Source: Eledone cirrhosa
Lineage: Eukaryota
DNA length: 64,000 nucleotides
Assembly: GCA_964016885.1 (NCBI GenBank)
Contig: OZ024745.1
Location: forward strand, 83,824,001 to 83,888,000
Reading direction: 5' to 3'
Program-made: the position numbers and the translations under genes
The notes under the pieces: generated by a model
Told to the model about the DNA's origin: nothing
Databases searched by the model: none
What the model saw: the letters and a program-made list of their open reading frames with translations, nothing else
In this document: piece after piece, positions 26,745-40,870 of the stretch
Numbering within the stretch: position 1 is the first letter of the stretch
Layout: every line of letters begins with the position of its first letter

Positions 26745-27070
26745 ATGTCTGCACCAGGTGATTGTGAGAGGCTGGTGATGTCACAGGATGAACTATAAGA
26801 AGGAATGCGGGTACTACCAAAAAGATATCATTCCAAGAGAATTGTTGAATATACTGAATGAGAAAATACCGACAAGAATTATAGCTGAAATTGAATGTGG
26901 ATTGAGAAGAATAAGCACCATTGATATGATATTCTGCATTAGACAAATACCGAAGAAAGGCATTGACATCAAAAGGTAATGTCTGTGTTCTTTGTTGATC
27001 TCACGAAGGCATTTGACACATTGAACTGGTTGGATCTTCATCAGGTACTCGGAAGCTTAAGATACTCAAA
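26745..27070 (+). mobile_element. Old RTE-clade RT fragment
   Basis: 'IAEIECGLRRISTIDMIFCIRQI' followed out of frame by 'FVDLTKAFDTL'. Confidence 0.7.
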
Positions 27071-28158
27071 ACATTTCACTTGTAAAATAGTCTCTATGTT
27101 AAGGAGCACGGCTAGTGAATAAAGTGTTTAACCTACGATTGTAATGTTATAAATTCGATTCCTGATCTTAGTATCGCATTGTGTTTGAGCAAAGTAAATA
27201 ATTTCATCTTGCTCCTGTCCATTTAGCAGAAAATACGTACCACCAGTAGTGGGAGGTTAACCCTACAATGGACTAGTATTCTCAGTCTCATAATGCTAAT
27301 GAAACCGAGATATGATACAGTCTGACGAGCATCCGGGCTGCGGACAGAATGTTACTTTTTTTTTAAATAGAGGTTCTATACGCTACTATGAAGGTTCAGA
27401 TTGAGCAGGTGAAATGCAGTTCTATACGGAGTCATGTTATACGACAGCAATATTAGTCTCATTTTATTACAACAAAAAAAAACTATCATATATTTGATGA
27501 GAAACGGCAGATATAGAATGTTTTCGTATGAAGAGTTCTGTAAAGGCACGTGGCTTTGTGGCTATGGTGTTCAGTCGACTCCCGAACTTTATTTCACATT
27601 ATTCCAGTTCATTCAACTGGCAAAAATAAGTTAATTTCACCAGAAAGCTATTCCGTTGAATCAACTGGAGCACTGGTCGTCGGAAATGATAGACGTCCAA
27701 TATATGGAAAGTTCATTTGCTCACCATATCACTAATTATATCGAAAGAAGTTCATTTCGAAGTGAAACATCTTGTTTGTAAACACACCTACTATCGTGTG
27801 CTGCTGGAGTATTAGGTGATGTTTCTGACAAGAAAGTCAATGAAATGGCTGAATCGTTAGAACGACGAATAGGATGTTTTGCGCTATTTGTTCGAACTCT
27901 CAGGCTGGGGTTAATATTACCTTTCATTCATTCGAGGTCGATAAATAAAAGTACTAGTACAATACCGGGATTGATACTTCCTCGTATTTTTTTTTGGGGG
28001 GGGGGTCTATCTAACATGTCTAATATTGAACTGAGAGGAAGGGAAGCAGCAGACAAATTAGAACGCTAATTTATATTTACGAATATTATGATATTTGATA
28101 TCTTCAATGTACATTTTTATGTACGTGCGTGTGTGCGTGCGTGCGTGCGTGTGCGTGC

Positions 28159-28195
<37 letters not shown>

Positions 28196-28529
28196 CTGAG
28201 GAGAAAATATTAATAATTTAGAAAACAATCTTCTTCTTAGCTGATGCAGAAGAAACCAAACAATATTGACAACTATGAAACAGGTTTTTAATGTCCTCTC
28301 TCATAAACAAATGCTTGACATTTTCGTCATCTTGAATCTGTTTTGAAAATAACATTTCTGTGATAGGTAAATATCCTGAAACAATCCTTTATTGAATTAT
28401 TGATAATTGCAGTTATGAATTAAATATCAAACTAATTCATAAACAAATCTGAATTAGTGATAAAGAAGAAATAAAACAATAAATAATTTGTTCTCTACTT
28501 AACATATTTAATATTGAACAGAGAGAAAT

Positions 28530-28745
28530 GACGGAGGATTAGCAGTATGGGTAGAGTGTCGGACAACATGCTTTATGGCATAGAGTTACGTCTCCTTACA
28601 TTCAGTGTTCAAATCCCGCCGATGTTAAATTTGTCTTTCATCATTACGGGGTCGAAATAATAAAGTACCAGTAATGAACTTGGTTCGTTTTAAATGTCAC
28701 TCCACTCCCCCAAAATTGTTAGCCTTGTGCCTAAATAGGAAATCA
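28530..28745 (+). mobile_element. SINE family A (diverged) with ~16-bp TSD
   Basis: B-box gttcaaatcccgcc and tail ccttgtgcctaaataggaaatc. aatattgaacagagag occurs on both sides. Confidence 0.8.
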
Positions 28746-29565
28746 ATATTGAACAGAGAGGGGGAGGCAGCAGACAAAAATAAAATGCTTGTCTAAATTT
28801 AAGTTATTATTTAGTACCAGTCACGCACTGAGGGTCGATTTAATCGACTTTCCCCTCCCCCCAAATTACTGGCCTTGTGTCTATAGTAGAAACCATTATT
28901 TAGTGTCTTGAATAATGAACATATGATCCAATTGGAGTTGAAATCAATCTCGCCTCGATCCCAAGTGTACTTTACTCGATTTTCTCAACAAATAAAGATC
29001 GAAACGAAGCAAGAGTGTATTTGAATGAATACATATAAAAGATCAATCGATAGAATAGCTGTTAAAACAGTTAAATGCTCTCAAAGACAGCCATGGGCAA
29101 AAATGCCTCAGATACCAGCGGCCAGTGGTCAACATAGTGGCAATCCACAAACAGAAAAATTTATTTTTTCTGTTGACGATCCAGATTTTTAAAATGGTAC
29201 GCGCAATTAAATCGTGCGAAACAATTTTGCTGGTTTGAGAGCTGATGAGGGTGAAGAAGTGTGTGCAAACTTGTCTTGTACATCACATTTCTTATTTCTT
29301 GGTTCCAGTCACTTTAGTGTGCCAGCGCACCTCTCCTTGTTCTCCTCCTCCTCCTCCTCTTTCAATCTTTTCTATATTTCATCTGCCTGACACCCATCTT
29401 GTGAATTGTCACTTTGTTGAGTACTGGCCGCTGGTCTCTGTCTTCTGAGGCAGTTTTGCCCATCGCTGTCTCTGGCAGCATTTAGTTGCTTTAACGGCTG
29501 TACTAGTGATGAGTTTTCTCCTTTTTATATGTATTCAGTCAAATACACTTCCCATTATTCTATAA

Positions 29566-29639
<74 letters not shown>

Positions 29640-29829
29640 TAGACTTTTTTATAGGCGACCTTTACTTGCCTCCTCATAGTTACATCAGTGAGTTGTGAGA
29701 GTTTTCCTGGGAGCTAGGAGTGTCACCCATTGCTCCATCTCCCCTAGTAGTTTGCCAGTGTTGGTCTGGGCTGGCTTCTTCGTCAGGCAACTACCCGTTT
29801 TTATCGCAACTAACCACCATATGTGGTGA

Positions 29830-30058
29830 CCGTATCGCAGTGATGCCTCAGTTTCAGCATTCAGTAATCAGAAGAAGGGAGAAAGGTGTAAAAGCCAAAA
29901 TGGCAATCTTCAATTCGGTATTCGTGCCAACCCTTAACTATGGTCATGAATCTTGGGTAATGACCGTAAGAATATGATCGCGAATACATGCGGTACAAAT
30001 GGGGTTCCTCCGGAGGGACTTTGGAGTAACGTTACTCGATAGAGTGAATAATTCGGAC
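29830..30058 (+). mobile_element. RTE-clade LINE 3' fragment
   Basis: 'KAKMAIFNSVFVPTLNYGHESWVMT...QMGFLRR..GVTLLDRV'. Confidence 0.7.
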
Positions 30059-30204
30059 AGAAGAAGAAGAAGAAAAAGAAAAAGAAGAAGAAGAAGAAGA
30101 AGAACTAGTTTACGATTGAAATTTGTAATGGGTATGTGCTGGCCGTGTGCCAAATGTAGAAACAATTATATATATATATACACACACACGCGCGCGCACA
30201 CACA

Positions 30205-30237
<33 letters not shown>

Positions 30238-30238
<1 letters not shown>

Positions 30239-30580
30239 TGCAAAAGTTTTATTTAAAATTGTTGGGTTACAACAAGTAAATATTTTATAACTGATATAAA
30301 GCACTCGACAAGTTTTTGGAGTAGATATACGATATTAAACAAATGGAAACTATATTTATAAAACCATATTTACAAAATTTATAAAACCATATCTACCAAA
30401 CCAGCTTCCTACATAATGGTCGCTCATATTTATGGTACGTCAAAATTATTTATAAAACTGTTTATATATTGTATTTTATCTGACGAAGGCATGCCATATT
30501 TTTAATATGGTATCCCCGAAATATGTATAATGAAATAAATATGGTTTTATAAATATAGTTTCCATTTGTTTAATATCGTA
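30238..30580. mobile_element. ORF-less pLTR derivative, second copy of the 21671-21985 family
   Basis: Shares 'tttaaaattgttgggttacaac...gcactcgacaa' and the hammerhead arm. Short inverted ends (~30328-30369 vs ~30539-30580). Confidence 0.72.
30472..30537 (+). ncRNA. Type I hammerhead ribozyme
   Basis: TATTTTAT CTGACGA aGGcATGCCATATT ttt AATATGGTATcCCc GAAAT atgt ATA ATGAAATA. Stem II differences from the 21875 copy preserve pairing. Confidence 0.72.
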
Positions 30581-30608
30581 TATATATATATATATATATA
30601 AGGCGATA

Positions 30609-30718
30609 CCCGCTGATGAAGCCGCATAAGCCGATTGTGCATTGTTGCATAATATATGCAGACAGATGGTACAGTGCACCTTACTGCTGCATTAGTGCGG
30701 CAGAAACTGGAGTATGGG
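30609..30718 (+). ncRNA. Type I hammerhead ribozyme with extended stem II
   Basis: CCCG CTGATGA a GCCGCA...(~70 nt)...TGCGGC a GAAAC tgga GTA TGGG. Confidence 0.68.
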
Positions 30719-30909
30719 AACCTCATAGGCACCCGTTTTACGTGTGTTGTGTTGAGGCAAATAACTATGTGTATACTCTGGTAATGTATCTTACATTACC
30801 CATTGAGTGCGCTGAGATACAACCGGTACTGGCATTGATAAATATGCTGGGTCCGACAACCCTTATTATTATATATATACATATATATATGCAAACACAC
30901 ACATACACA

Positions 30910-30955
<46 letters not shown>

Positions 30956-32204
30956 TATTTATATATATGTGTGCGTGTGTATGTATGTATACATACATAA
31001 GTATATACATATATACGTACATATACAGATGCAATCACACATTATATATATATACATACATTTATATACACATAAAAATGCACATATATATACATATATA
31101 TACATATATATATAAACATATATATATATACATATATATAAATTCATAGATATACGTATACATACATATATGAATATACATATATTACTCGTATTTATGG
31201 TAGATACATCTTTATATGTATATGTGTTTGTGTGTGCATCTATTGATTTATATGTGTATATGTATTTATGTGTATGTATGTACATGTATGAATATATACA
31301 TTACATATATTTATATACATACATCCCCACATTTGTCTTCGTCACGCTAGTTATCGGCCAACATAACTATTTTAACAGAAACAAAGCCGTATTAATGAAT
31401 TAATGGTTTCATGAAGAAAACGGGTAATCTCGTTTGACAGAGATTGATTTTGTTTCGTTACCTATGAATGATCGATTATTATAATTAGGAACAGGTGTAA
31501 ATTGACTAACAGATCCCAGGCCAATTCCCTGTTATACGTAAAGTGAATACATCTAATACAAATGTGACGAAGAGGTATGTGCTTTTTTCTGATCTCACCC
31601 ACTCACTGTATTGATTTGAAACGCGAAAATATACATGTTAGAAACTAAACACATATATATAGGAGTGCTGCTCTTATATACATACATTAATGTGATCGAT
31701 CTGACAGAACCGTTTGTGCGTTGGATACTTGTCCCAGGTTTCTATGTGCTGAGTTCAAATACCTTGGTCGATAAAGAAAGTACCAACTAAGTGCTGTTGT
31801 AACGATCTCTCATTCCAGCTCTTATCATGGTTGTTCCCCTTGATCAATGGAGGGAGTATCTAGCGTATGACTTTTTCTGCACTTGATTGCATGGACACAT
31901 GAAACGCTTACCAAAGCTATCTGATATATTTACAGATCTAATAATAGATTATATATATATATATTTGTGTGTTTTACATATATATATATATATATATTTC
32001 GTTTCTGAATTTGTTTAGCAAGATTCTTTATTTGAAAACGTGTGTTGAAACTGATATTGTTATACTTTGGGAGGGTCATGTTGCCAATAAGAAACACACG
32101 CACCAGTTCTTTTCACTTCAATTTATAATAAATTTAGTAATTTAGTCATTTATAAATTTCCGGTTGGTTGGTTGGTTCCACAACCAGATGGTTGTTTATA
32201 TATT

Positions 32205-32247
32205 GTCAAAGTTCTTTCGTCACTCATTATGTAACCTCTTCAGTGAA
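32205..32247 (-). ncRNA. Hammerhead ribozyme (inverted arm copy)
   Basis: Reverse complement of 36751-36793 with a few substitutions. Confidence 0.6.
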
Positions 32248-33850
32248 TGGGGTTCTTTTCTTTGTTTTTTGTGCCTCTCCTTTGTTGTGTCCTACGCCAT
32301 CTTGTTTTTGTGTGTGTGTTGTGTGCTTAGTTTGCGCATGTGTTACATCCGGGTGTTTGTGTGTATTTTTATATTCGTTTATTTATTTTTTTATTTACAT
32401 GTTACTGGTTGGTTGTTTGTTCTATGTGCATGTGTGTTTTCATTTTGTCCTTAATTGTAAGTTGTGATGTTGCTTTTCCACTCATGTTTTCTATTTAATT
32501 TTGGTTGTAATTCATTTATGTTTATTCCCTCTGTGATTTGTCTAAGCATTGCGTCTTTTCTGTGTGTAGATTCTATTTATATTTCTATGTTCTCTAATTT
32601 ACCTTTATGTTCTATTTTAGCATGTTGGTAGAGTACAGATGATTCTTTACTATCTTGCTGGTCTCGCCAGTGTTCATTTATCCGTTCCCCTATACTACGA
32701 GCTGTCTCACCTATCTACACTATATTTTTATCTCTACATTGCCCTTCAGTACATCTTATGCTATATACTACATTTCTAGTTTTACAGTTAATATGGGGGC
32801 TTAATTTACAGATTATACATTTCTTATATATACAGGGAGGTCTTTGAAAAGGGTATGTCTTGCTAATAAGTGTTTTTATGGAGGTACCTGGTCTTTCTAC
32901 TATCTTAATATTGCGTTTATGTTTATCTAGGGCCCTTCTAAATTTGTAAGCTAATTCACCGGTAGGGGTTGTATCGATGAACATTACACTCTGGTATTTA
33001 TTGCTATCATACCATCAGTTTATTCTATTAGCCTTATTCCTAGTTCTTTCTATTCTATTCCAAAATTTGTTCCTATACAAGGGGCAGGTCCCATTTGTGT
33101 CATTATTTACCATTTTTTCCCATTTGGTTCTGGCTCCTCTATACACTCTGATTTTATCTCTCTGATTGTAACAAGAGAACTGCATACGGTGGATGAAGTG
33201 TTGTATGTGTCTCTCTAGTTCTTCGGGGTTGCACATGCGGGACACGTTTCTCATCACCCGTACCAAATCCGCAATCAGTATGCTGATTTTGGTATGGTCC
33301 GAAACAGCTGAGTTTCGGTGGATCAGATATTTGGAAGTCATGGGTTTGGCATAATGGGAATGGAGGAGTTGTTTTTTGTTATTAATGGTATCTAACCAGA
33401 TCTCTGTGTCTAGTACAGCTAATCGATGGTTGGGGTGTTTGCTTGGGTAGTCTATAGTAACTCTAATACTCTGGTGGATGGAGTTAGCTATTTGTTGGAT
33501 GCTTTCCATTGTGTTTTTCTCTAATTCCTGACTGTTCTCTAGTGGGGGTGTTTTAACTACGATGTTTATATCATCAACGTAGCGGGAATACATTATCAGG
33601 GTTAAGGGGTCTTCTAATTGTTCTTTAAGTTTAAGTTTAAGTCTACTGGCCCACCATGCCATGAATAAGTTAGCTATGTCGCCTGCAATGCCAACACCAA
33701 TGGCTGCTCCCTCCTCTTGGGCATATGTTTTTCCATTAAATTTGAACATATGTTCCTTAAGGGTTAATTTTATACTGGCCCCCGCTGCATGTGCAATCAT
33801 TTTCTTTAGTTCATCGTGGTTTTCGGGGGTCCGTATGGCTCTGATCCACC

Positions 33851-36545
33851 TGGTAACCTAATACAAGAAATAACTAAGATCACCATACTAAGAGAAAAAC
33901 TAATATTTATAAACCTTATACGTCCTGAAGAACAGTACATTGTTCAAGAATGTGACAAGCACTTTAACAAGAAACTAAAGTGGCTTAAACAGATAAAACT
34001 AAATCAAGATACTTTAGAGAATATCAATAGATATCCCGACAAAATTGACGGTATAAACATGGCCGACATCTCATTAACAGATGAATTCAACAACAACACA
34101 AATATATACGGCAACACTACGGTCGACTCTGATGAATTATCTGTATTACAACTGTCGCCTAAGTATGCCACATTCAATAAGGTAAATATGATTAGATGTT
34201 TGTCAGAAATAGAAAAATCATTTACAAAATTACGTTGGAGCCCCAAAAACAAAAACAAAAACAAAAGTAACAACATACGCACACACATATACAACACACA
34301 TCCCAACAACAACAGACACACAGACACAAACAACAATAACAACAACACACACATCAGCAATAATAACATACTCAGAAACAACAACAACAGACACGCAGAC
34401 ACAAACAACAATAACAACACACACAACAATAATAACATACACGGAGACAACAACAACAACACACATCAACAACAGCACACATCAACAACAACAACAACAA
34501 CACACACACATTCAATGCCTCTCACCACCACCACAAGAGCATGAGGATAGAGAAAAAGCCCTCAATGCCCATATGGTGATGTGGACAAATATAATGCAGC
34601 CCAACAAAAGGACTGTCAACAATTTCCAGGCCTTGAACAATGACGTGCCAGCGTTGTATGGACATCGAAAAGACCATAAAACGAGCAGTGACCCTGTCAC
34701 GGGACCACCAACACGGCCAGTCTGTGGAGCTAACATTGCTAGTAACTACAGACTTTCCTACTTCCTCTCCCTGATCATACGCCCCATCACTGAAATGTCC
34801 CCAGGTGTATGTGACAGCACGGAGGACCTCCTCAGCAGAATCGGCGAGGGTAACCGATCTAGGGATCTAAAAAACTGCATAATAGGTAGTATGGATGTTG
34901 TGTCCCTGTATCCATCTATTGACGTGGATTTTGCTGTGGAGAAATGCGTAGGAATTATCAGTGAGAGCAATGTTGAATTCCGTGGGATTGATACCAGTGA
35001 GCTGGGACTCCTACTTAAACTTACCTATAGTAATAATTATTTAGACACATATAACCTTAGCAACCTGTGCCCTACAAGACCAGCAAGAGGCAGACCACCT
35101 ACCATTACCTCAATGGCCAAGAAAACCCACACAGATAGATGGAACGGGTGGACCAGAGCCATACGGACACCCGAAAACCACGATGAACTAAAGAAAATGA
35201 TTGCACATGCGGTGGGGGCCAACATAAAATTAACCCTTAAGAAACATATGTTCAAATTTAATGGAAAAACATATGCCCAAGAGGAGGGAGCAGCCATTGG
35301 TGTTAGCATTGCAGGCGACATAGCTGACTTATTCATGGTATGGTGGGACAGTAGACTTAAACTTAAACTTAAAGAACAATTAGAAGACCCCTTAACCCTG
35401 ATAATGTATTCCCGCTACGTTGATGATATAAACATCGTAGTTAAAAGACCCGCACTAGAGACCAGTCAGGAATTAGAGAAAAACACAATGGAAAGCATCC
35501 AGCAAATAGCTAACTCCATCCACCAGAGTATTAGAGTTACTATAGACTACCCAAGCAAACACCCCAACCATCGATTAGCTGTACTAGACACAGAGATCTG
35601 ATTAGATACCATTAATAACAAAAACCAAATCCTCCATTCCCATTATGCCAAACCCATGACTTCCAAATATCTGATCCACCGAAACTCAGCTGTTTCGGAC
35701 CATACCAAAATCAGCATACTGATTGCGGATTTGGTACAGGTGATGAGAAACGTGTCCCACATGTGCAACCCCGAAGAACTAGAGAGACACATACAACACT
35801 TCATCCACCGTATGCAGTTCTCTGGTTACAATCAGAGAGATAAAATCAGAGTGTATAGAGGAGCCAGAACCAAATGGGAAAAAATGGTAAATAATGACAC
35901 AAATGGGACCTGCTCCTTGTATAGGAGCAAATTTTGGAATAGAATAGAAAGAACTAGGAATAAGGCTAATAGAATAAACTGATGGTATGATAGCAATAAA
36001 TACCAGGGTGTAATGTTCATCGATACAGCCCCTAGATGTGAATTAGCTTACAAATTTAGAAGGGCCCTAGATAAACATAAACGCAATATTAAGATAGTAG
36101 AAAGACCAGGTACCTCCATAAAAACACTTATTAGCAAGACATACCCTTTTCAAAGACCTCCCTGTATATATAAGAAATGTATAATCTGTAAATTAAGCCC
36201 CCATATTAACTGTAAAACTAGAAATGTAGTATATAGCATAAGATGTACTGAAGGGCAATGTAGAGATAAAAATATAGTGTAGATAGGTGAGACAGCTCGT
36301 AGTATAGGGGAACGGATAAATGAACACTGGCGAGACCAGCAAGATAGTAAAGAATCATCTGTACTCTACCAACATGCTAAAATAGAACATAAAGGTAAAT
36401 TAGAGAACATAGAAATATAAATAGAATCTACACACAGAAAAGACGCAATGCTTAGACAAATCACAGAGGGAATAAACATAAATGAATTACAACCAAAATT
36501 AAATAGAAAACATGAGTGGAAAAGCAACATCACAACTTACAATTA
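33851..36545 (+). pseudogene. Penelope RT + GIY-YIG polyprotein, disrupted by stops
   Basis: ORF pieces 33816-34544, 34573-35601, 35656-35982 and 36013-36282, with a continuation to ~36545. Confidence 0.88.
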
Positions 36546-36750
36546 AGGACAAAATGAAAACACACATGCACATAGAACAAACAACCAACCAGTAACATGT
36601 AAATAAACAAATAAATAAACGAATATAAAAACACACACAGACACCCGGATGTAACACATGCGCAAACTAAGCACACAACACACACACAAAAACAAGATGG
36701 CGTAGGACACAACAAAGGAGGGGCACAAAAAACAAAGAAAAGAACCCCCA

Positions 36751-36793
36751 GTCACTGAAGAGGTTACAGAATGTGTGACGAAAGAACTTTGAC
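36751..36793 (+). ncRNA. Minimal type I hammerhead ribozyme in the Penelope 3' pLTR
   Basis: GTCA CTGAAGA g GTTACA gaatg TGTGAC GAAAG aa CTT TGAC. Confidence 0.7.
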
Positions 36794-36952
36794 AATATAT
36801 AAACAACCATCTGGTTGTGGAACCAACCAACCAACCGGAAATTTATAAATTACTAAATTTATAAATTTATTATAATAAATTGAAGTATAACAATATCGGT
36901 TTCAACACACGTTTTCAGATAAAGAATCTTGCTAAACAAATTCAGAAACGAA

Positions 36953-37031
<79 letters not shown>

Positions 37032-38631
37032 TCACAAGAATCAAAGCTATGTTCAAAGCATTTATTGAGTTACAATTATTTCATCCAAACCTAGGCTTTG
37101 GGTCTTCGGACCATTTTTCAATGTTTGTACAAATTATTGACCTCCTTTCCATTGCAAGAGACATACAGATACATATGTATATATTGATGTACAGTGGAGT
37201 GACATATACTATATTATATTACTTCCGTAGAGCAATTCAAATTCAAAGTCAAAATTACAACAAAATTAAAATTAAAACAAAATTAAAATACATTCGGCAG
37301 TTAACATAGATAATGCAAGAAGATAGTTTGTTAGTCAGATGTAGTAGTTATTGTATGCGTTAGTTATGTGTGTCTCATTTATATATGATTATTGTGTGGC
37401 AGGGTGTTACATGTAATACAAGCACTTTACGTGGGTAAGCAAGAGTATTATGGAGGTTGCAGTGGTAAGGTATTTTTTGTATATGATAAAAAAGTATGTG
37501 CGCAGAAAAATAGAAATAGAAAGGAGAAGCAAAAGAGAGTTATGGTTTTCGTATCCACTACCATTTTCCCATTCAGGAAATGTAATATATAGTTTATATA
37601 TCCATCACATAATTAACGATGATTCCGTATTGGATGTTTGATGTATTAAATTAAATTATTTTAGCTTATTGCGGCTGTGTTCTTTTATTCAATTTTATAG
37701 GGTAGGTTGTTTCTGTTACGAGAATTTACATCGGTTTATTATCCGGAAGTATGTGTGTAATTAAGGGGGGTTAATGCGTAAGGGGAGGTAACTAGCTGAT
37801 TTTCATAACTAAATTATTGTTTTAACATACATTATAAGGTATTCAATTGAGTCCCTTCTATAGACGGTTATATAGTTATATCCAGTTTCCAATTTTAAAC
37901 ACAGTCTACTCTATCATGATGTACTAAAGGTATTTATATTAGGATGATTACTCCCTATCATAGAGTGCTACAACTGGATATTCCATACAAAGAGCCACAT
38001 CTTTATATCAAAGTTCCCTGCAAATGTATTCTACTCACAGAACATGTTAGGGGACCTATTAGTACTATGTCTACATAACACCTGGTAAGTTCTGGAGCAG
38101 CGTATGGCTGTCTACATGGCAAATCCAAATACATCTCTATGGCAGACAAAAACATCCCTCATTTACAATGTCATTAATATATCCATCAAGTTGTATTTGC
38201 ATATATAACTCACATTCATACACAATTCATTGCACTCAACATATAGGTTATACAGATCTCTTATGTTAATAAATTAATCTTATATATATATCCAATGTTA
38301 TCACTCCATACATATAAATACATTTGCCTAAGTAATTCATTGTCGAATCTGGTGTTTAAAGCTGATATAGACTGTATTGCATAATTATAAGTGATACCCC
38401 ATGAACACCCACCCCTAGTATAACCACCCTCAACTACTATATAATTATAAGCAGTTGAAAGTAATTACCCCAAAAGTAGGTGCTCATGGGGATATTTCTA
38501 GGGTATAAAGTTATAGACAGATGGAAATATTTGTGTTGAGATAGGGTGGATCAGAGAGTGTGGAGTTGTGGTGTAAGGTGTGCCTTTGAGGTGTAGTGTT
38601 AGAAGTGGTGATGGGTTCAAGTCTGACATTG

Positions 38632-40870
38632 TTATATATTGGGTTTAAAGTTTTGGAAGGAGTGCCGGAAGCGGTGCTGGCACGACGGAAACACTTCCGA
38701 TTTTTTATTAAGGAGGTTGTGGTTTGAGAAGATTATAGTATGGGTCTCTAGTAGACAGAGGTTGCAGAAGTAATTAGGTGGTTTGTACGATGCCGCCTTA
38801 CCTATCACTTCCCATTTAAGTGTATAAGATCTATTTTTAGTTTTTAGATAGTGTATGTAGCTAGATAGTGAAGTGGAGTTGGCTAGACTGTGTTTTTTGA
38901 AAGAATGGAGGTGTGAATTGTATCTGGTTTTGAAGCAGTTCGAAGTAGAGCCTATATAGGTTTCAGAAGAGTTGCTAGTTATGACGGTGCATGAGTATAT
39001 GATGTCCTCGATTAAGCAGTTTTTATCTAAAGGGCAGGTTCTATTAGATCTACAGTTACAATTATGTTGGATGTTAACCTGCCGATTATTATGTTGTGTA
39101 GAAGTTTGGTTGCTAGTTATTGCATTATGGCTATGGGGATTGTCGCTCCCAGCGTTATTGCTTACACTAGTGCTATTACTATTATTACTATTGATATCAG
39201 GGTTTGTAGATATAACGTTGTTTAGAAGGTTTACCTCCTGCCGTGTTTTAGTTTGTTGGAAGTAAGTATTAATTTTTCTTTTATTGCTACTAGCTATGTT
39301 AGGCGTGGTAGAGTAGGAAATTTTAATTGTGTTTTTGTTTATAAGACTATGGTACTTGTGGTCAGATGGGAAGTTTTTATCCAAGAGTGAGAAGAAGCCT
39401 TAGGTAGGTTGGTAGAGACGTTTAGATTGAAAGGTGGGTTGAAAAATGTATTATTTCTTCTTCTATTTTTGTTTTTTATGCCTGGTGCGATGCTTCCGTT
39501 TTTGGTATTTTGGTGACTTCTGTGGTGTGGGTTACGTTTGTTGCCACCCTTCGTACTAGTGTGTGTGTGGTTATTACTCTTATTACTATTTTTCCTCGTG
39601 GACATATTGTGCAAAATAATGTTGTAACTATATGTTTTTGTAGGTAGGAACTCGATCTCATTATTATGGCCTGATCTAGCTAATGCCTGATTATAATATC
39701 GTGAGTTTTTGCTAAATATGTTTTCGTCATAAGATAAATTAGAGATTCTACTGGATATTCCCTTAGAGATAGAGTTTAATATTGATCTAGGGTGGTTAGA
39801 CTTGGTATCTACGTAAATCAGTTTTTCGTTAGGTTTATGGAATCGTGTATATATCCTTGAGTCTAGGTAGAGGGTGGCATCTAGGAAGTTAACGTTTTTA
39901 GTGTTTTTGTCTATGGTGATACTTAGGTTATAGTTTTTGAAAGTCTTGTGCAATAGTTTTCTAGTTCTTACTATATTAATTTTTGTATAGTCTATAAGGA
40001 GAAGTGCATCATCGCGGTACAAACCACCGTTGAGGTATGGAAGGTCCTTATGGATTTCGTTTAGTAAATATAGGCCCACCAAATCAGCGACCTGCGCCGA
40101 GTCACTAGATCCCATGGTCATGTCGAAGTTGTTTTACGTATCCATGCGGGTCCATAACTGGTCTTCAAAAGTGATTACGGTTTTAAGGGCCGCATGTATG
40201 ACATCAATCTGGGGTCTAGTCAGATCACTATTGTTCATGGCCATAATTAGTGCCTTATTTAATAGGATAGGGGAAATAGAGGTGTAGTATGAATTGATAT
40301 CAAATTGAATAAATTTTTTATCTTTGTTTACATTGATATCCTTGAACCTTTCAATAACTTCACCTGTATTTCCCCATTGTATTTTGTATTTAATCTGTGG
40401 GATGATTTTATCTAAAATGTTCTTACTGATAATGCCAATGTCAGACTTGGAAGGGCAGATTAGTCTAATCGAGGGGTTGCTAATGAAATCCCCCTTATGG
40501 TATTTCAGAGAGAATCTAGGGGGATTTGGGGTGTATGGTTGTGTATGTCTCTGAAGTCCTAGTTTGGACACTATACTACGGCCTTCTATATTCATTTCTT
40601 CCAAGTTTTTCATAGTAGTTTTCTTGTAGCTCTTATGTAGTTCATTATATATAAACTTTCTATATGTATCATAATCTAGGCTGTATATGTTATTAGTTTT
40701 GTCCGCATGTACAATAATTTTACTACTTGTTTTGAATTCATTAATAGAGGAGTTAAGTTTGTTTAAGAAGGTGTTGTTTTTATTGCGATTTTTTTTGTAT
40801 TTAATGTTCTTAACTAGTTTTATTAGGTCATTTTCAAATGAGTTTAGTACTGTGTTGTGAGGGGTCTTCT
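38632..40870 (-). pseudogene. Naiad-type RT + CxC/GIY-YIG polyprotein with few disruptions
   Basis: Three long consecutive ORFs separated by one stop and one frameshift. Confidence 0.88.

Larger units (their letters stand above)
31997..36953 (+). mobile_element. Neptune-type Penelope-like element with ~1.85-kb inverted 3' duplication
   Basis: 31997-33850 is the reverse complement of ~35147-36953. The body 33851-36545 has RT 'MDVVSLYPSI', 'QEEGAAIG', 'YSRYVDD' and a GIY-YIG region 'CKTRNVVYSIRC...*IGETARSIGERINEH'. Confidence 0.9.
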
